Made by a program: the position numbers and the translations under genes
Part shown: positions 1-8,863 of the stretch, piece after piece
Position numbering within the stretch: the stretch's first letter is position 1
Layout of the letters: the number at the start of each line of letters is the position of its first letter
NCBI GenBank assembly: GCA_052147435.1
Contig: JBKQKP010000055.1
Span: forward strand, 1 to 32,000
DNA length: 32,000 nucleotides
Direction of reading: 5' to 3'
DNA from: Polyangiaceae bacterium
GTDB lineage: Bacteria; Myxococcota_A; Polyangia; Polyangiales; Polyangiaceae
Notes under the pieces: model-generated
What the model was told of the DNA's origin: nothing
The model's database searches: none
What the model saw: only the letters and a program-made list of their open reading frames with translations

Positions 1-234
1 CTGGGGGCCGCCGATGCGTGTCGGTTCCCCTGCCGAGATCACGCAGATCGAGCTCGCGATGTCTTGAGTGGCGGTCGCCGCTGCTGAGGGAAAACCGCCC
101 CGTTCGAGGGGACGCCCCTACGGTCCAGAGGCAACACGTGGGTGTTTTGCCTACGGGATCGAGTACGCGGATCGCACGGTATCCATACGGTGGAAGAGAC
201 TGCGGAGAACCCCGGTCGGCCATGGCTCTGGTCC

Positions 235-555
235 ATGGACCGCACCTTGCTGCCCCAAGGGGGAGGATCGGAGGAGCGCGTGGACACGCTCGTGGATCCC
301 GTCGAGATGGTGTCGTCATCGCACATGCCCGTAGCCAAACGGGACGGCGGGGCTCCACCGCGCGCGGCCCGATCTCTCCAGGGGGACGCCCCCCGCGCGT
401 CCTTCCCGAGCATCGACCCAGAGGCACAGGTTCAGTGGTTTTCGCGGGTCTTCGAGGACGAGCCGGCGACGTCGCTCGACATCGAGATCTCCTGGGACGA
501 AGAGGGGGGAGACACCGAGCCCACACTGGTGCTCCGCCGGCGAACCCACAGCTAG
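235..555 (+). CDS. hypothetical small acidic protein (106 aa from ATG 235; the ORF opens at 142, so the start is uncertain)
   Basis: In the frame of ORF 142..555, third codon positions are mostly G/C from ATG 235 to the TAG stop. No recognisable domain. Confidence 0.3.
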   Translation: MDRTLLPQGGGSEERVDTLVDPVEMVSSSHMPVAKRDGGAPPRAARSLQGDAPRASFPSIDPEAQVQWFSRVFEDEPATSLDIEISWDEEGGDTEPTLVLRRRTHS

Positions 556-616
556 GCGGAGCAACGAGGCGAACGAGACGTGTGGCGCGCGTGCCGATCC
601 GGGATCATGTTCGTCA

Positions 617-1783
617 ATGATGATCCCCGAGCGTGTCATCGACCTACCGCGCGCCCGTGCCCGACTCGGTGAGCGCGCCGCCCGCTTCGTCGGCTTCCTC
701 GACCGCGTCGACCCGCTCGCCGACGCGGCGGTCGCCACGATCGACGACATGCCTCGCGGAGTGGGCTGGCGCTTCATCGAGGAGGCGAGCGCGCGCGGTA
801 TCGCCTCGACCCCCGACGCGCCGGAGGCGATCAAGGCGCTCTTCGCGCAGATCGAGGAGACGCCCGTCTGGCTCGACTGGAAGACGATCGACCGGGCCGG
901 CGACATGCTCCTGCGCGCAGGGCTTCTCGGGGGGCTCGTCCTCGGTCTCAAGTCGCTGGTTCACGGGTACGCGTCGCCCGCAGGGAACAAGCCGCTGGTC
1001 CTCACGGGCCGGCTCGAGCAGCAAGCGTCGCGGCGGTTGAACGAAACTGCGCGCTTCGTCCAGGCCGTCTGCCGCGCTCGCGGAATGCGCCCCGGAGCGG
1101 ACGGCTGGCAGATCGCGATTCGTGTCCGCCTGATTCACGCGCAAGTGCGCCGGATGATCTTGAAGAGCGGCCGCTGGCGACCGGAGCTCTGGGGCGCGCC
1201 GATCAACCAGCATGACACGGCGGGGACGTCGCTCCTGTTCTCGCTGTCGGTCATCGTCGGACTGCGCTCGTTCGGAGTGCAAATCGACGATGTGGAGGCG
1301 GAGAACTTCCTCCAGCTCTGGAGGTTCGTCGGTCACGTCCTCGGGATCGAGCCCGAGCTCGTCCCCGCGTCGATGTACGACGCGACTCGCCTCGCCGACT
1401 TGATCCTCGCGGTGCAAGGGCCCCCAGACGCCGACTCACGCGCACTAACGCGCGCGCTCCTCGAGCATCCGCTTCAAGACGCGAAGACCCCGGCCGAAGC
1501 ACGCGACATGGGGCGTCGGGTCCGCTTCGCGCAGGGGATGTGCCGGCACCTGATCGGCGACGAGCTCGCCGACGCCCTCGCCGTCCCGCGTACCCCCTGG
1601 CGGCTGGTGGTGCCGCTCATGCAGCGTCTCGTGCGCGGGGCGGAGCTGGTTCGCTCGACCGTCCCGTTCGCGGACGGCCCGGCGATTGCCGTCGGGAACC
1701 GCTATTGGGATCGGGTGATCGAAGTCGGGCTCGCCGGCGCCACGGCGGAGTTTGCGCTCCCGGAGCGGCTGGTCGCAGCGTAA
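617..1783 (+). CDS. oxygenase MpaB family protein (DUF2236)
   Basis: 388-aa ORF. Its length and the motif block WQIAIRVRLIHAQVRRM...WGAPINQHDTAGT are typical of the MpaB/DUF2236 family. Tandem ATGs at 617 and 620. Confidence 0.7.
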   Translation: MMIPERVIDLPRARARLGERAARFVGFLDRVDPLADAAVATIDDMPRGVGWRFIEEASARGIASTPDAPEAIKALFAQIEETPVWLDWKTIDRAGDMLLRAGLLGGLVLGLKSLVHGYASPAGNKPLVLTGRLEQQASRRLNETARFVQAVCRARGMRPGADGWQIAIRVRLIHAQVRRMILKSGRWRPELWGAPINQHDTAGTSLLFSLSVIVGLRSFGVQIDDVEAENFLQLWRFVGHVLGIEPELVPASMYDATRLADLILAVQGPPDADSRALTRALLEHPLQDAKTPAEARDMGRRVRFAQGMCRHLIGDELADALAVPRTPWRLVVPLMQRLVRGAELVRSTVPFADGPAIAVGNRYWDRVIEVGLAGATAEFALPERLVAA

Positions 1784-1811
1784 TCGCCCGGGGCGTGGTA
1801 CGTCAGGCCCC

Positions 1812-2333
1812 ATGGGACCGAAGGAACGATTGGCGAAGATCGCCAAGGGGGGGCTCTCCGTCGATGCCGCCGCGCGCGCGTACGACCGGAGGGTGAAAGG
1901 GGCGCAGCTCGCCGACGAAGAGCACGCGCAGGCCGACGAGCTCGACGCGACGATCGAGGCGATGTTCCTCATGGCCGCGGTGGACGGCGCCGTCGCCGGC
2001 CAGGAAGTGGCGCAGCTCGCCGGGACGATGCAGGCGATGCTCGACACGCAGGATCGAAAAGGACCGATCGACCTCGACGCCACGCTGGTCGACCTGAGCC
2101 GCCGCCTCGAGCGCGACGGGTGGACGGCCCGCCTGGACGAAGTCGCCCGCCGCCTACGCAGCGAGGAGGCGCGCTCCTTCGCGTTCCGGCTCGCGGCGGC
2201 GGTCGCCTTCGTCGACGACCAAGTCGTGCACGCCGAGGCGGCCGCGATCGACGCGCTCGCCGCGGCGCTTGCCCTCTCGAGCGACCTATCCCAGCAGATC
2301 CTGCACGACGTGCGCGACACGCTTTTCGGGTGA
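1812..2333 (+). CDS. TerB-like (tellurite-resistance TerB / DjlA N-terminal type) domain protein
   Basis: ORF 1752..2333. The internal ATG at 1812 (MGPKERL) avoids overlapping the upstream gene. The segment IEAMFLMAAVDGAVAGQEVAQL and a second repeat FRLAAAVAFVDDQVVHAEAAAIDAL resemble the paired-helix TerB fold. Confidence 0.55.
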   Translation: MGPKERLAKIAKGGLSVDAAARAYDRRVKGAQLADEEHAQADELDATIEAMFLMAAVDGAVAGQEVAQLAGTMQAMLDTQDRKGPIDLDATLVDLSRRLERDGWTARLDEVARRLRSEEARSFAFRLAAAVAFVDDQVVHAEAAAIDALAAALALSSDLSQQILHDVRDTLFG

Positions 2334-3707
2334 CGATGCGACCGTCGGCGTCTGACGCCGAACGCGCATCCACAGCCCGCCGAGCGGGCGCAGCGTGACG
2401 ACAGGCTCAGGCTCGACGCGCCGCCCCGGCTCGAGCTCGAGCCGGTAGCGCTGCGCGATCCGCGCGAGGATCATCTGCGCTTCCATCATCGCGAACCCCA
2501 TCCCGATGCACATGCGGGGCCCGCCACCGAACGGCAGATAGGCGAACTTCGGCCGCTTCTCCACCTGGTCGGGGGCGAATCGCTCCGGGTCGAAGCCCTC
2601 GGGGTTCTCCCAGTACGCCCGGTTCCGGTGGAGGAGATACGGCGAGAGCGCGACGAGCGACCTGGCCGGGACGCGGCACCCGCCGACGACGTCGTCCTCC
2701 AATGCCTGCCGCTCGAGCGCCCACACCGGCGGGAAGAGGCGCATCGATTCCTGCACAACCATCGTCGAGTACTTGAGGCGCGGCGCGTCCTCGGCCGTGG
2801 GGGCCCGGTCGCCGATCGCAGAGCCGACCTCGCGCCGCAGGCGACGCTCCACCTCGGGATCCTTGGAGAGGAGATAGAACGTCCACGCCAGCGCGTTCGC
2901 CGTCGTCTCGTGCCCCGCCATCACCAGGGTCATCACCTCGTCGCGAAGCTGCGTATTGGTCATCCCGCGGCCGTCCTCGGTCGCCGCCATGAGCATCGCG
3001 AGGAGGTCCATCGCGTCGGCGTTCTCGCCGCGGCGGCGGGCGTCGATGATCCGGAAGACGAGCGAGTCGAGCGTCTTCAGCGAGCGCTTGAAGCGGAAGT
3101 TCTTGGGGGTCGGCAGCCACTGGGGAGGCTTGATGACCGCCTCGGCGTAGTCGTTCGCGTGGTGAAGCGCGACACCGAGCGACTCGCGGATGGTGTCCGC
3201 CTCCGAGCCCACGGCGGTGCTGAAGAGGGTACGGGCGACGATGCGGAGCGTCAGGTTCATCATCTCGGCGTGGACATCCATCACCTCGCCGACGTGCTCT
3301 TCCCACCTGGCGAGCATGCGTTCCGTCTCGTCCACCATCGCGGTCACGAACGACGCCACGCGGTCGCGGTGGAACGCGGGCTGCGAGAGCCGCCGCTGTC
3401 TGCGCCAGAACTCCCCTTCGCTCGTTACGAGCCCCTCTCCGAGGACCAGCTTGAGGCCCTTGTAGTTCGGGCTCTTCGTGTAGTTCTTGTTGTTGTCCAC
3501 GAGGACGTGGTGGACAGTCTCCGCGCTGTTCACGAGGAAGTACTTCGCATGGGCGAAGCGCATCCCGACCACATCGCCCATCTCGGCGACCTGACCGAGG
3601 AGGTCGATCGGGTTTCGCCTGAGCTCGAGCAGGTTCCCCAGGAACGGCAACCCCGGGAGTTGCGGGGCCTCGATCGCAGACACCGGTACCGTTGCAGCTT
3701 GAGTCAT
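2286..3707 (-). CDS. cytochrome P450 monooxygenase
   Basis: 473 aa. Haem-binding loop FGGGPRMCIGMGFA, I-helix AGHETTA, and ExxR (ESMRLFPP). Confidence 0.95.
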   Translation of the reverse strand: MTQAATVPVSAIEAPQLPGLPFLGNLLELRRNPIDLLGQVAEMGDVVGMRFAHAKYFLVNSAETVHHVLVDNNKNYTKSPNYKGLKLVLGEGLVTSEGEFWRRQRRLSQPAFHRDRVASFVTAMVDETERMLARWEEHVGEVMDVHAEMMNLTLRIVARTLFSTAVGSEADTIRESLGVALHHANDYAEAVIKPPQWLPTPKNFRFKRSLKTLDSLVFRIIDARRRGENADAMDLLAMLMAATEDGRGMTNTQLRDEVMTLVMAGHETTANALAWTFYLLSKDPEVERRLRREVGSAIGDRAPTAEDAPRLKYSTMVVQESMRLFPPVWALERQALEDDVVGGCRVPARSLVALSPYLLHRNRAYWENPEGFDPERFAPDQVEKRPKFAYLPFGGGPRMCIGMGFAMMEAQMILARIAQRYRLELEPGRRVEPEPVVTLRPLGGLWMRVRRQTPTVASSPEKRVAHVVQDLLG

Positions 3708-3738
3708 GTCCCGCCGCCCTTCTCGAGTGTGTCACCAA

Positions 3739-3790
3739 GAACGTGAGACGAGCCTCACGTTCCATCGAATCTGAGGGTATCCTCACATTC
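3739..3790. promoter_or_regulatory. candidate TetR operator(s) in the P450/TetR divergent intergenic region
   Basis: Perfect inverted repeat GAACGTGAG-N6-CTCACGTTC (3739-3762). A second small palindrome TGAGG-GTAT-CCTCA lies at 3772-3785. The half-site CTCAC(G/A)TTC recurs at 3754-3762 and 3782-3790. Confidence 0.5.
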
Positions 3791-3813
3791 TGTCAACCCA
3801 CGGAGTACAGCTG

Positions 3814-4563
3814 GTGAAGAGAAAAGATTCCGCCTCGCCTCCTTTGCCCCCCCCCGACGCCACCCTGTCGCGACGAACCCCGCTCCAGGACCGGAGCCGT
3901 CGCCGCGTGGAGCAGATCCTCGACGCCGCTGCGCAGGTCTTCGCCGAGCGGGGGTACGACGCCGCGACGACCGAGGAGATCGCGCGGCTCGGGGGGACGT
4001 CGATCGGGTCCGTCTATCAGTTCTTCCCCAACAAGCTCGCCATCTTCAACGCGATCGCCGTCCGCTACATCGAGCGCTGCCAGGCCCTCTTCGACACATT
4101 CATGACCCCCGCGGCGATCCACGAGCCGTGGCAAAACCTCCTCGGCCACGCCATCGACGGCTTCGCGGCGCTCAACCGAAACGAGCCTGGCTTCCGCGCG
4201 ATCCTCGTCAACTGGCGCATCTCGGCCGACATGCTCCTCGCCAACGAAGAGGTGAACCGCGAGTTCGCCCGCCGCGCCGAGGTGGTCCTCTCCGCGCAGG
4301 CTCCGAGCCTCACGCCGGCGCGCCGCACGCTCGTCGCGACGGTCATCGTCGAGGTGGTCTCGGCGATGCTGCTCCTCTGCGTTCGAAGGCCGAGCGCCGA
4401 TTCGGACACGATCCTCGCCGAGGCCAAGACGCTGCTCTTCCGCTACCTCGAGCCGATCGTCACCGAGAACGCGCGCGCGCCGGCAAAGAAAGGCGGGGCA
4501 GGAGCAGCTCGCGCAAGAGGCACAAAGAGCCCCCGCACGCAGCCGAAGGCTCGCCCGCGCTGA
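3814..4563 (+). CDS. TetR/AcrR family transcriptional regulator
   Basis: 249 aa with a GTG start. N-terminal HTH RRRVEQILDAAAQVFAERGYDAATTEEIARLGGTSIGSVYQFFPNKLAIF. Divergent from the P450. Confidence 0.9.
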   Translation: MKRKDSASPPLPPPDATLSRRTPLQDRSRRRVEQILDAAAQVFAERGYDAATTEEIARLGGTSIGSVYQFFPNKLAIFNAIAVRYIERCQALFDTFMTPAAIHEPWQNLLGHAIDGFAALNRNEPGFRAILVNWRISADMLLANEEVNREFARRAEVVLSAQAPSLTPARRTLVATVIVEVVSAMLLLCVRRPSADSDTILAEAKTLLFRYLEPIVTENARAPAKKGGAGAARARGTKSPRTQPKARPR

Positions 4564-4566
4564 GCC

Positions 4567-5538
4567 TCAGCGTGTAGCCGAGCAGCAGCGAAAGCCGGTC
4601 GAGTAGTCGTGGTAGTCGAAGTCGTGCGCGGTCGTGCGGTACGTGCACCCTTCGCCGTTGATCGACGTGTCCAGGTAGTAGCCCCCCTGGAATGTCCCGT
4701 CGGGGTCACTCGTCCACTCGTGGAGATTGCCGACCATGTCGTAGACGCCATAGTCGTTCGTGCACCCCTTGTGAGCGCCCGTGCGCGCGAGCCCGCCGTC
4801 GAGCTGGTTCAGGCGCGGATCGTTCATTTTTAGGGGATCCCAGTCGCTCGTCTCGGTGAGCGCGCCGCCCCCCCAGATCGCGAGCATCGGGCTTCGCCCC
4901 GCGTCGTTGCAGCGTCCCCGCTCGCGCGATTCGGCATATCCGTACAATCGCGGCTTCGGTCCGACGCACGCCTTCCGCCACTCCATCGGCGAGCAGAGCC
5001 GCTTTCCGGCGCGCTGGCAGGCGACGCTCGCCTGCGAGCCGCTCACGTACCCCTGCGGGAAGACCCCCGGCACGCTCGCCGCGCGCACGTCGTGGCCGTC
5101 AACGACGAGGAACGGCGAAAACGGTCGGTCCCCCGAAGGGCTCATCTCGACCAGCGTCGCTTCCCAGCGATCGACGCAGAAGCGCCCCTCGATCGACGCC
5201 ATCTCGGGCGGACACCGCCCCCCTTCGACGGGGGGGAGTAGCGAATCATCGACCAGGAGCGACCCATGCGGGGTCGTGTCCGCAGACGCCGCGAGCGTGG
5301 GGCGGGCCGTCGGCGCGGTCGAGTGAGCCGCGAGCGTCGTGAGCGTCTTCTTGTGCTTCTTCCGCTTCCCATGCGCCGGCTTCTTGTGCGGGGTCGTCGC
5401 CGCTCCGGGGGCGCGCGCCGCGGGCGGAGCATCGACCGTGGTCGCCGTCGGCTTGCTCTCCCCACTCGCCGCGGACGCGGCCGAGAGGCCGACGATGGCA
5501 GCTAAGGAAGCGAGGGCCGCTCGGCGGACGAACCACAT
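4567..5538 (-). CDS. secreted formylglycine-generating-enzyme (SUMF1/FGE-sulfatase) domain protein
   Basis: ORF 4567..5589. The internal ATG at 5538 gives the signal-peptide-like MWFVRRAALASLAAIVGLSAASAASG. C-terminal motifs are RLCSPMEWRKAC, GNLHEWTSD and GFRCC. A low-complexity basic linker is present. Confidence 0.8.
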   Translation of the reverse strand: MWFVRRAALASLAAIVGLSAASAASGESKPTATTVDAPPAARAPGAATTPHKKPAHGKRKKHKKTLTTLAAHSTAPTARPTLAASADTTPHGSLLVDDSLLPPVEGGRCPPEMASIEGRFCVDRWEATLVEMSPSGDRPFSPFLVVDGHDVRAASVPGVFPQGYVSGSQASVACQRAGKRLCSPMEWRKACVGPKPRLYGYAESRERGRCNDAGRSPMLAIWGGGALTETSDWDPLKMNDPRLNQLDGGLARTGAHKGCTNDYGVYDMVGNLHEWTSDPDGTFQGGYYLDTSINGEGCTYRTTAHDFDYHDYSTGFRCCSATR

Positions 5539-5625
5539 TGGATCCGGAGAAGTACCGCCAGATCGGTCCGCACTGGGAAAAAAGCGCACGAAATGGGTGC
5601 GATATGCAACTACCGGGGCCCGCGC

Positions 5626-6345
5626 CTACGGGGACGGGGACTGGGTGGACTCGCGAATCATCCTCGAGAGCCCATCGAGCGCGGAGGGGGGAATCTCGTG
5701 TCCCCCTCGGAACGGGACCCATTTCACGTCGAGCCCCGCCCTTACGAGGAAATCACGGAGCCCCTCCGCTGCCGCAAACGGGAGGATCGGGTCGTTCTGT
5801 CCGTGCGACACGACTGCCCGCAGGCCTTTGCGCGCCGGCGCCAACGGTCTCCACTCCGGCTCGGCGATGAGCGTTCCCGAGAGGAGCGCCAGCCCGGCGA
5901 GCGGCATCTGCGTCCGGAGCGCCACGTCGCACGCGAGCATCGCCCCCTGCGAGAATCCGCCGATCACGAGACGGGAGGGGGCGAGCGTTCGCCCGAGCTC
6001 ACCGAGCAGCTTGATGACGCTGGTGCGCGCCTCCGTCAACCCCTCGGGGACCGACTGCGTGCGATCGATCACCTCGCCGGTCATCATCGCTCGCTGCATG
6101 CGCGCCATGTCGATCCACCACCAGGCGCGCCCGTTCATCGCTTCGGGCCCGAGATCGAGCGGAGCCTCGGGAAAAGCGAAGCGCACCTCGCGCGGCACGT
6201 CGAGCACGCGCGCGAGCGGCACGAGATCGGTCCCCGGAGCGCCGAAGCCGTGCATGAGCACGACGAGCGGTCCGTTGCCCCCTCCTTCGCGGTCGGTGCC
6301 CCCCGTGAGGCGGACGCGGAGCCCGCCGAGACTCTCTTCTCGCAT
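5626..6345 (-). CDS. phospholipase/carboxylesterase family alpha/beta hydrolase
   Basis: 239 aa. Nucleophile elbow GFSQGA, the VVLMHGFG oxyanion region, and C-terminal GGHEI. Confidence 0.8.
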   Translation of the reverse strand: MREESLGGLRVRLTGGTDREGGGNGPLVVLMHGFGAPGTDLVPLARVLDVPREVRFAFPEAPLDLGPEAMNGRAWWWIDMARMQRAMMTGEVIDRTQSVPEGLTEARTSVIKLLGELGRTLAPSRLVIGGFSQGAMLACDVALRTQMPLAGLALLSGTLIAEPEWRPLAPARKGLRAVVSHGQNDPILPFAAAEGLRDFLVRAGLDVKWVPFRGGHEIPPSALDGLSRMIRESTQSPSP

Positions 6346-6381
6346 GGCCTCTCGTTAGCAGACGCCGCACGGCGACGCGAC

Positions 6382-7887
6382 TCAGCCCTTATCGCTCCCG
6401 TCACGTTTGTCGCGTCTCTCCGGCAAGACGGCGAGCGGCTTCGGATCGTAGGCCCGCGGCCCCTCGATGGAGTCCCACGCGAGCAGATCCGCGACGGGGC
6501 CATGCTCGGTCGTCCGGATCACGAGGTGCGTGCGCGCCGCCCTGTACTGCGACGTCTCGTCCGCCTCTTCCTCCGCCCAGGAGCCGACGTTGATGTACGT
6601 CGTCGCGCCGTCGTTCACGTCGACCCGCTGCGGCACATGCGTGTGCCCCATGACGACGAAGGCGGCAGGAAAGAGCTTCGCGAGGTGCTGCGCGCGATCC
6701 GCGAGGAACGCGTCGGGCTCGATCTTCCGCTGGCTCGAGAGGTACCGGTTCGCCAGAGACCAGGCGACGAGCACGCACGCCGCGCCCCACCAGCGGTGCC
6801 CGTGGTTCCAACTCGCGATGGCGACCCCGACGAGCGCGAGCGACGCGCCGAGGGCCAGTGCGAGTCGATCGAGAAGGACGCTCGCGAGGATCCCGCGGAC
6901 CGAGTGCGTAAGGGGGGGGACCTGCAACGCAATGAGCGCGCGGAGCCGGTCCATGCCGATACGGGACGCTTCGGCGAGGAGCGCGACTCGCTTCTCGTGC
7001 TCCTCGCGGAGCTTTCGCGCCGCGTCGGTGAAGTGCTCGCGCCGCAGTCGGAAGAGCTCGATCACGGCGCTCGTGAAGCGCCACGCCAGCCGCAGGAGCC
7101 CGCGCGCTCCGAGCCCCACCGCGAACGAGATGTAGTCGAGGAGCCCCTGCGTCTCGTGACCGTGCTCCTTCATCCCCTTGGTGGGACGCACCACGTACCG
7201 GAGGAACACCTCGGTAAAACCGCGCGCGATCCGCCGCGGATCGAGCGGCGAGAGCGGCGCCATCACGTAGTCGGTCGCGCAGAACGCGTCGTACTGGTGG
7301 CCGTGCTCGATGTACGCGACGCCGTCTGCCCAGAAGAACCACGGGTTGAACTCGATGCGGGCGAGAAACTCGTTCGCGTCGATCTCGGGGTTGGCCAGAA
7401 TGGCGAGGCGGGCGAGGATCTCCTTGAACTCGGTCCGCACCGACTCCCAGTGGAACTCGATGTCGTGGTTGCCGTGCACCATCGTGAGCGCGTGCCCCTT
7501 GGCGACGAACTCGGCGATCGCCGCGAGTACCTCGGAATGGCGCTCCGCGACGCGCTTCAACTTCGCGCGCGAGTGGTCCGAGGAGTTCCCGAGCCCGTGC
7601 GCGAGCTCCTCTTCGCTCGGATCGGTGTCCAGCTGCGCGCGCGACCCTTCGGCCGCCATCGCGATGCCGATGAAGTCGATGAAGTCGCCGGCGATGACCG
7701 CCCTCCACCGCTCGCCCGCCGGAGCGACCCGGGCGTAGTGACGAAAGAGCGCCGTCAGATCCTGGTCGACCCGCTTCGATCGGCGCGGCGCGGCCCCAGG
7801 GGCTGCACGATCGTTAATGTCGCTGCCCAGATGTACGTCGGAAAGGATGAGGAGCGTCTCTCGCGGTGCTCCCGAGGGGGCCGCCAT
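6382..7887 (-). CDS. metallophosphoesterase with C-terminal membrane-associated region
   Basis: 501 aa. Calcineurin-like motifs LSDVHLG, AGDFIDF, GNHD, and a C-terminal GHTH. Hydrophobic segments around ILASVLLDRLALALGASLALVGVAIA. Confidence 0.85.
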   Translation of the reverse strand: MAAPSGAPRETLLILSDVHLGSDINDRAAPGAAPRRSKRVDQDLTALFRHYARVAPAGERWRAVIAGDFIDFIGIAMAAEGSRAQLDTDPSEEELAHGLGNSSDHSRAKLKRVAERHSEVLAAIAEFVAKGHALTMVHGNHDIEFHWESVRTEFKEILARLAILANPEIDANEFLARIEFNPWFFWADGVAYIEHGHQYDAFCATDYVMAPLSPLDPRRIARGFTEVFLRYVVRPTKGMKEHGHETQGLLDYISFAVGLGARGLLRLAWRFTSAVIELFRLRREHFTDAARKLREEHEKRVALLAEASRIGMDRLRALIALQVPPLTHSVRGILASVLLDRLALALGASLALVGVAIASWNHGHRWWGAACVLVAWSLANRYLSSQRKIEPDAFLADRAQHLAKLFPAAFVVMGHTHVPQRVDVNDGATTYINVGSWAEEEADETSQYRAARTHLVIRTTEHGPVADLLAWDSIEGPRAYDPKPLAVLPERRDKRDGSDKG

Positions 7888-7893
7888 ACTGAG

Positions 7894-7922
7894 ACTATGG
7901 TGGCTCGAGCACCGCGTAGCAA
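7894..7922 (-). promoter_or_regulatory. possible sigma-70-type promoter giving a leaderless metallophosphoesterase mRNA
   Basis: The minus strand reads TTGCTA-17 nt-CATAGT-ctcagt-ATG. The -10 hexamer ends 6 nt before the start codon and there is no Shine-Dalgarno site. Confidence 0.25.
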
Positions 7923-8153
7923 GGTGCGCAGCAAGAAATCTCGTCGAATGACGCAGACTTCGCGCGGCGTCATTCCGGGTACGGGGTGTAAGTTACGGGA
8001 ATCGTGTCGGCGCCTGTAGTCAAGATCCCGCCCGGATGAGCCCGGGACCAACCGCGACAGGAAGGGCACAGAGCCGACCCCCGGCGCCCCCGAATCGCCC
8101 CGAGGACCCCTCTCGAGCCCCCTCCGAGCCACGCCCGGAGCGTCCGCGCCCGG

Positions 8154-8179
8154 AAGTTATCCCCAGAAGTTTTCCCCAG
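8154..8179 (+). repeat. tandem 13-mer AAGTTATCCCCAG / AAGTTTTCCCCAG
   Basis: Two directly abutting copies (8154-8166 and 8167-8179) with 12/13 identity. Confidence 0.9.
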
Positions 8180-8280
8180 CCCCTGTGAACGAGACGGGAC
8201 GCGCAACGCGCTCTCGATCGCAATCGCTGAATCGCATCGACGCTGAAGCTCGTGTGCGAGCGAGGCGATCACGGATCAAG

Positions 8281-8580
8281 AACTCGAATTGTCTCTCGAG
8301 TGACTGGCGTTGAGGACAGCAATTTCATCGATCGATGCGACTCGATGATTCAAACAGAAAGCCTCACATCATTCACAACACTCAAACAGTATAGTGACGA
8401 ATGCAATTCTCGCATATGCACTTTCAAATGCCATATTGGCGCGCCGGCGCGGCCCCCACAAACCACTCAGTCCTGAAGAATCCGTAGGAAACATGTGGAA
8501 AGCCCGCAATAAAAGAGGTGGAGAACCTGTGGAGAAGAAAATCGACTTTGCAACGTTTTTTTTCTTTCATTTGAGCGCTG
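8281..8580. promoter_or_regulatory. AT-rich island (about 46% GC by hand count) with repeated motifs; probable promoter/regulatory region
   Basis: My count is 139 G+C in 300 nt, against about 70% in flanking genes. It contains (T)GTGGA(A/G)AA three times (8493-8501, 8517-8525, 8529-8537), TATAGT at 8390-8395, a T8 run at 8556-8563, and TTGACG at 8582-8587. Confidence 0.5.
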
Positions 8581-8863
8581 GTTGACGCAAATACGTCCTT
8601 ACGAAGTTCGCGGCACATCACGCCGCGGGCAGCAGTCGGTCACGGAAGCCGTCTTGGGCGCTGCGATCGAGGGGTTCGGGAGGGGGGAAGCAACCAACCT
8701 TTCGTTCCGTTCGATTGAGCCGCACCGGATGCTTGGCTCGTCATGCCGGGCATCACGGGGTGGTTGAAAAGGCGCAGGCTCTCCCAATCTGCAAAGCGTC
8801 GGTGTTCTTCGGGGCACAGGTGCTGCGTGGACGGAGGCCCGATTGGGTGGGAGCGAGGAGCAA

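Noticed and set aside
18-620. 200-aa plus-strand ORF and 211-aa minus-strand ORF (316..951) at the window start
   Set aside because: Both are Arg/Ser/Pro-rich nonsense. Only the frame of 142..555 shows coding-like third-position bias, and that only weakly.
5593-8019. 808-aa plus-strand ORF spanning the esterase and metallophosphoesterase region
   Set aside because: The translation is an Arg/Glu/Pro/Gly-rich low-complexity product with no motifs. It lies antisense to two ORFs with clear catalytic motifs. This is a typical high-GC shadow ORF.
8154-8580. Chromosomal origin of replication (oriC), suggested by DnaA-box-like 9-mers in an AT-rich island
   Set aside because: No dnaA, dnaN, gyrB or parAB genes are nearby. 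None of the boxes is a perfect TTATCCACA. There are only a handful of degenerate boxes. I kept this as a low-priority regulatory observation only.
8252-8621. Small ORFs in the AT-rich island (8252..8476 plus, 8394..8585 plus, 8424..8621 minus)
   Set aside because: Their composition and codon usage are unlike every confident gene in the window. There is no Shine-Dalgarno site, the ORFs overlap each other, and the peptides have no features.
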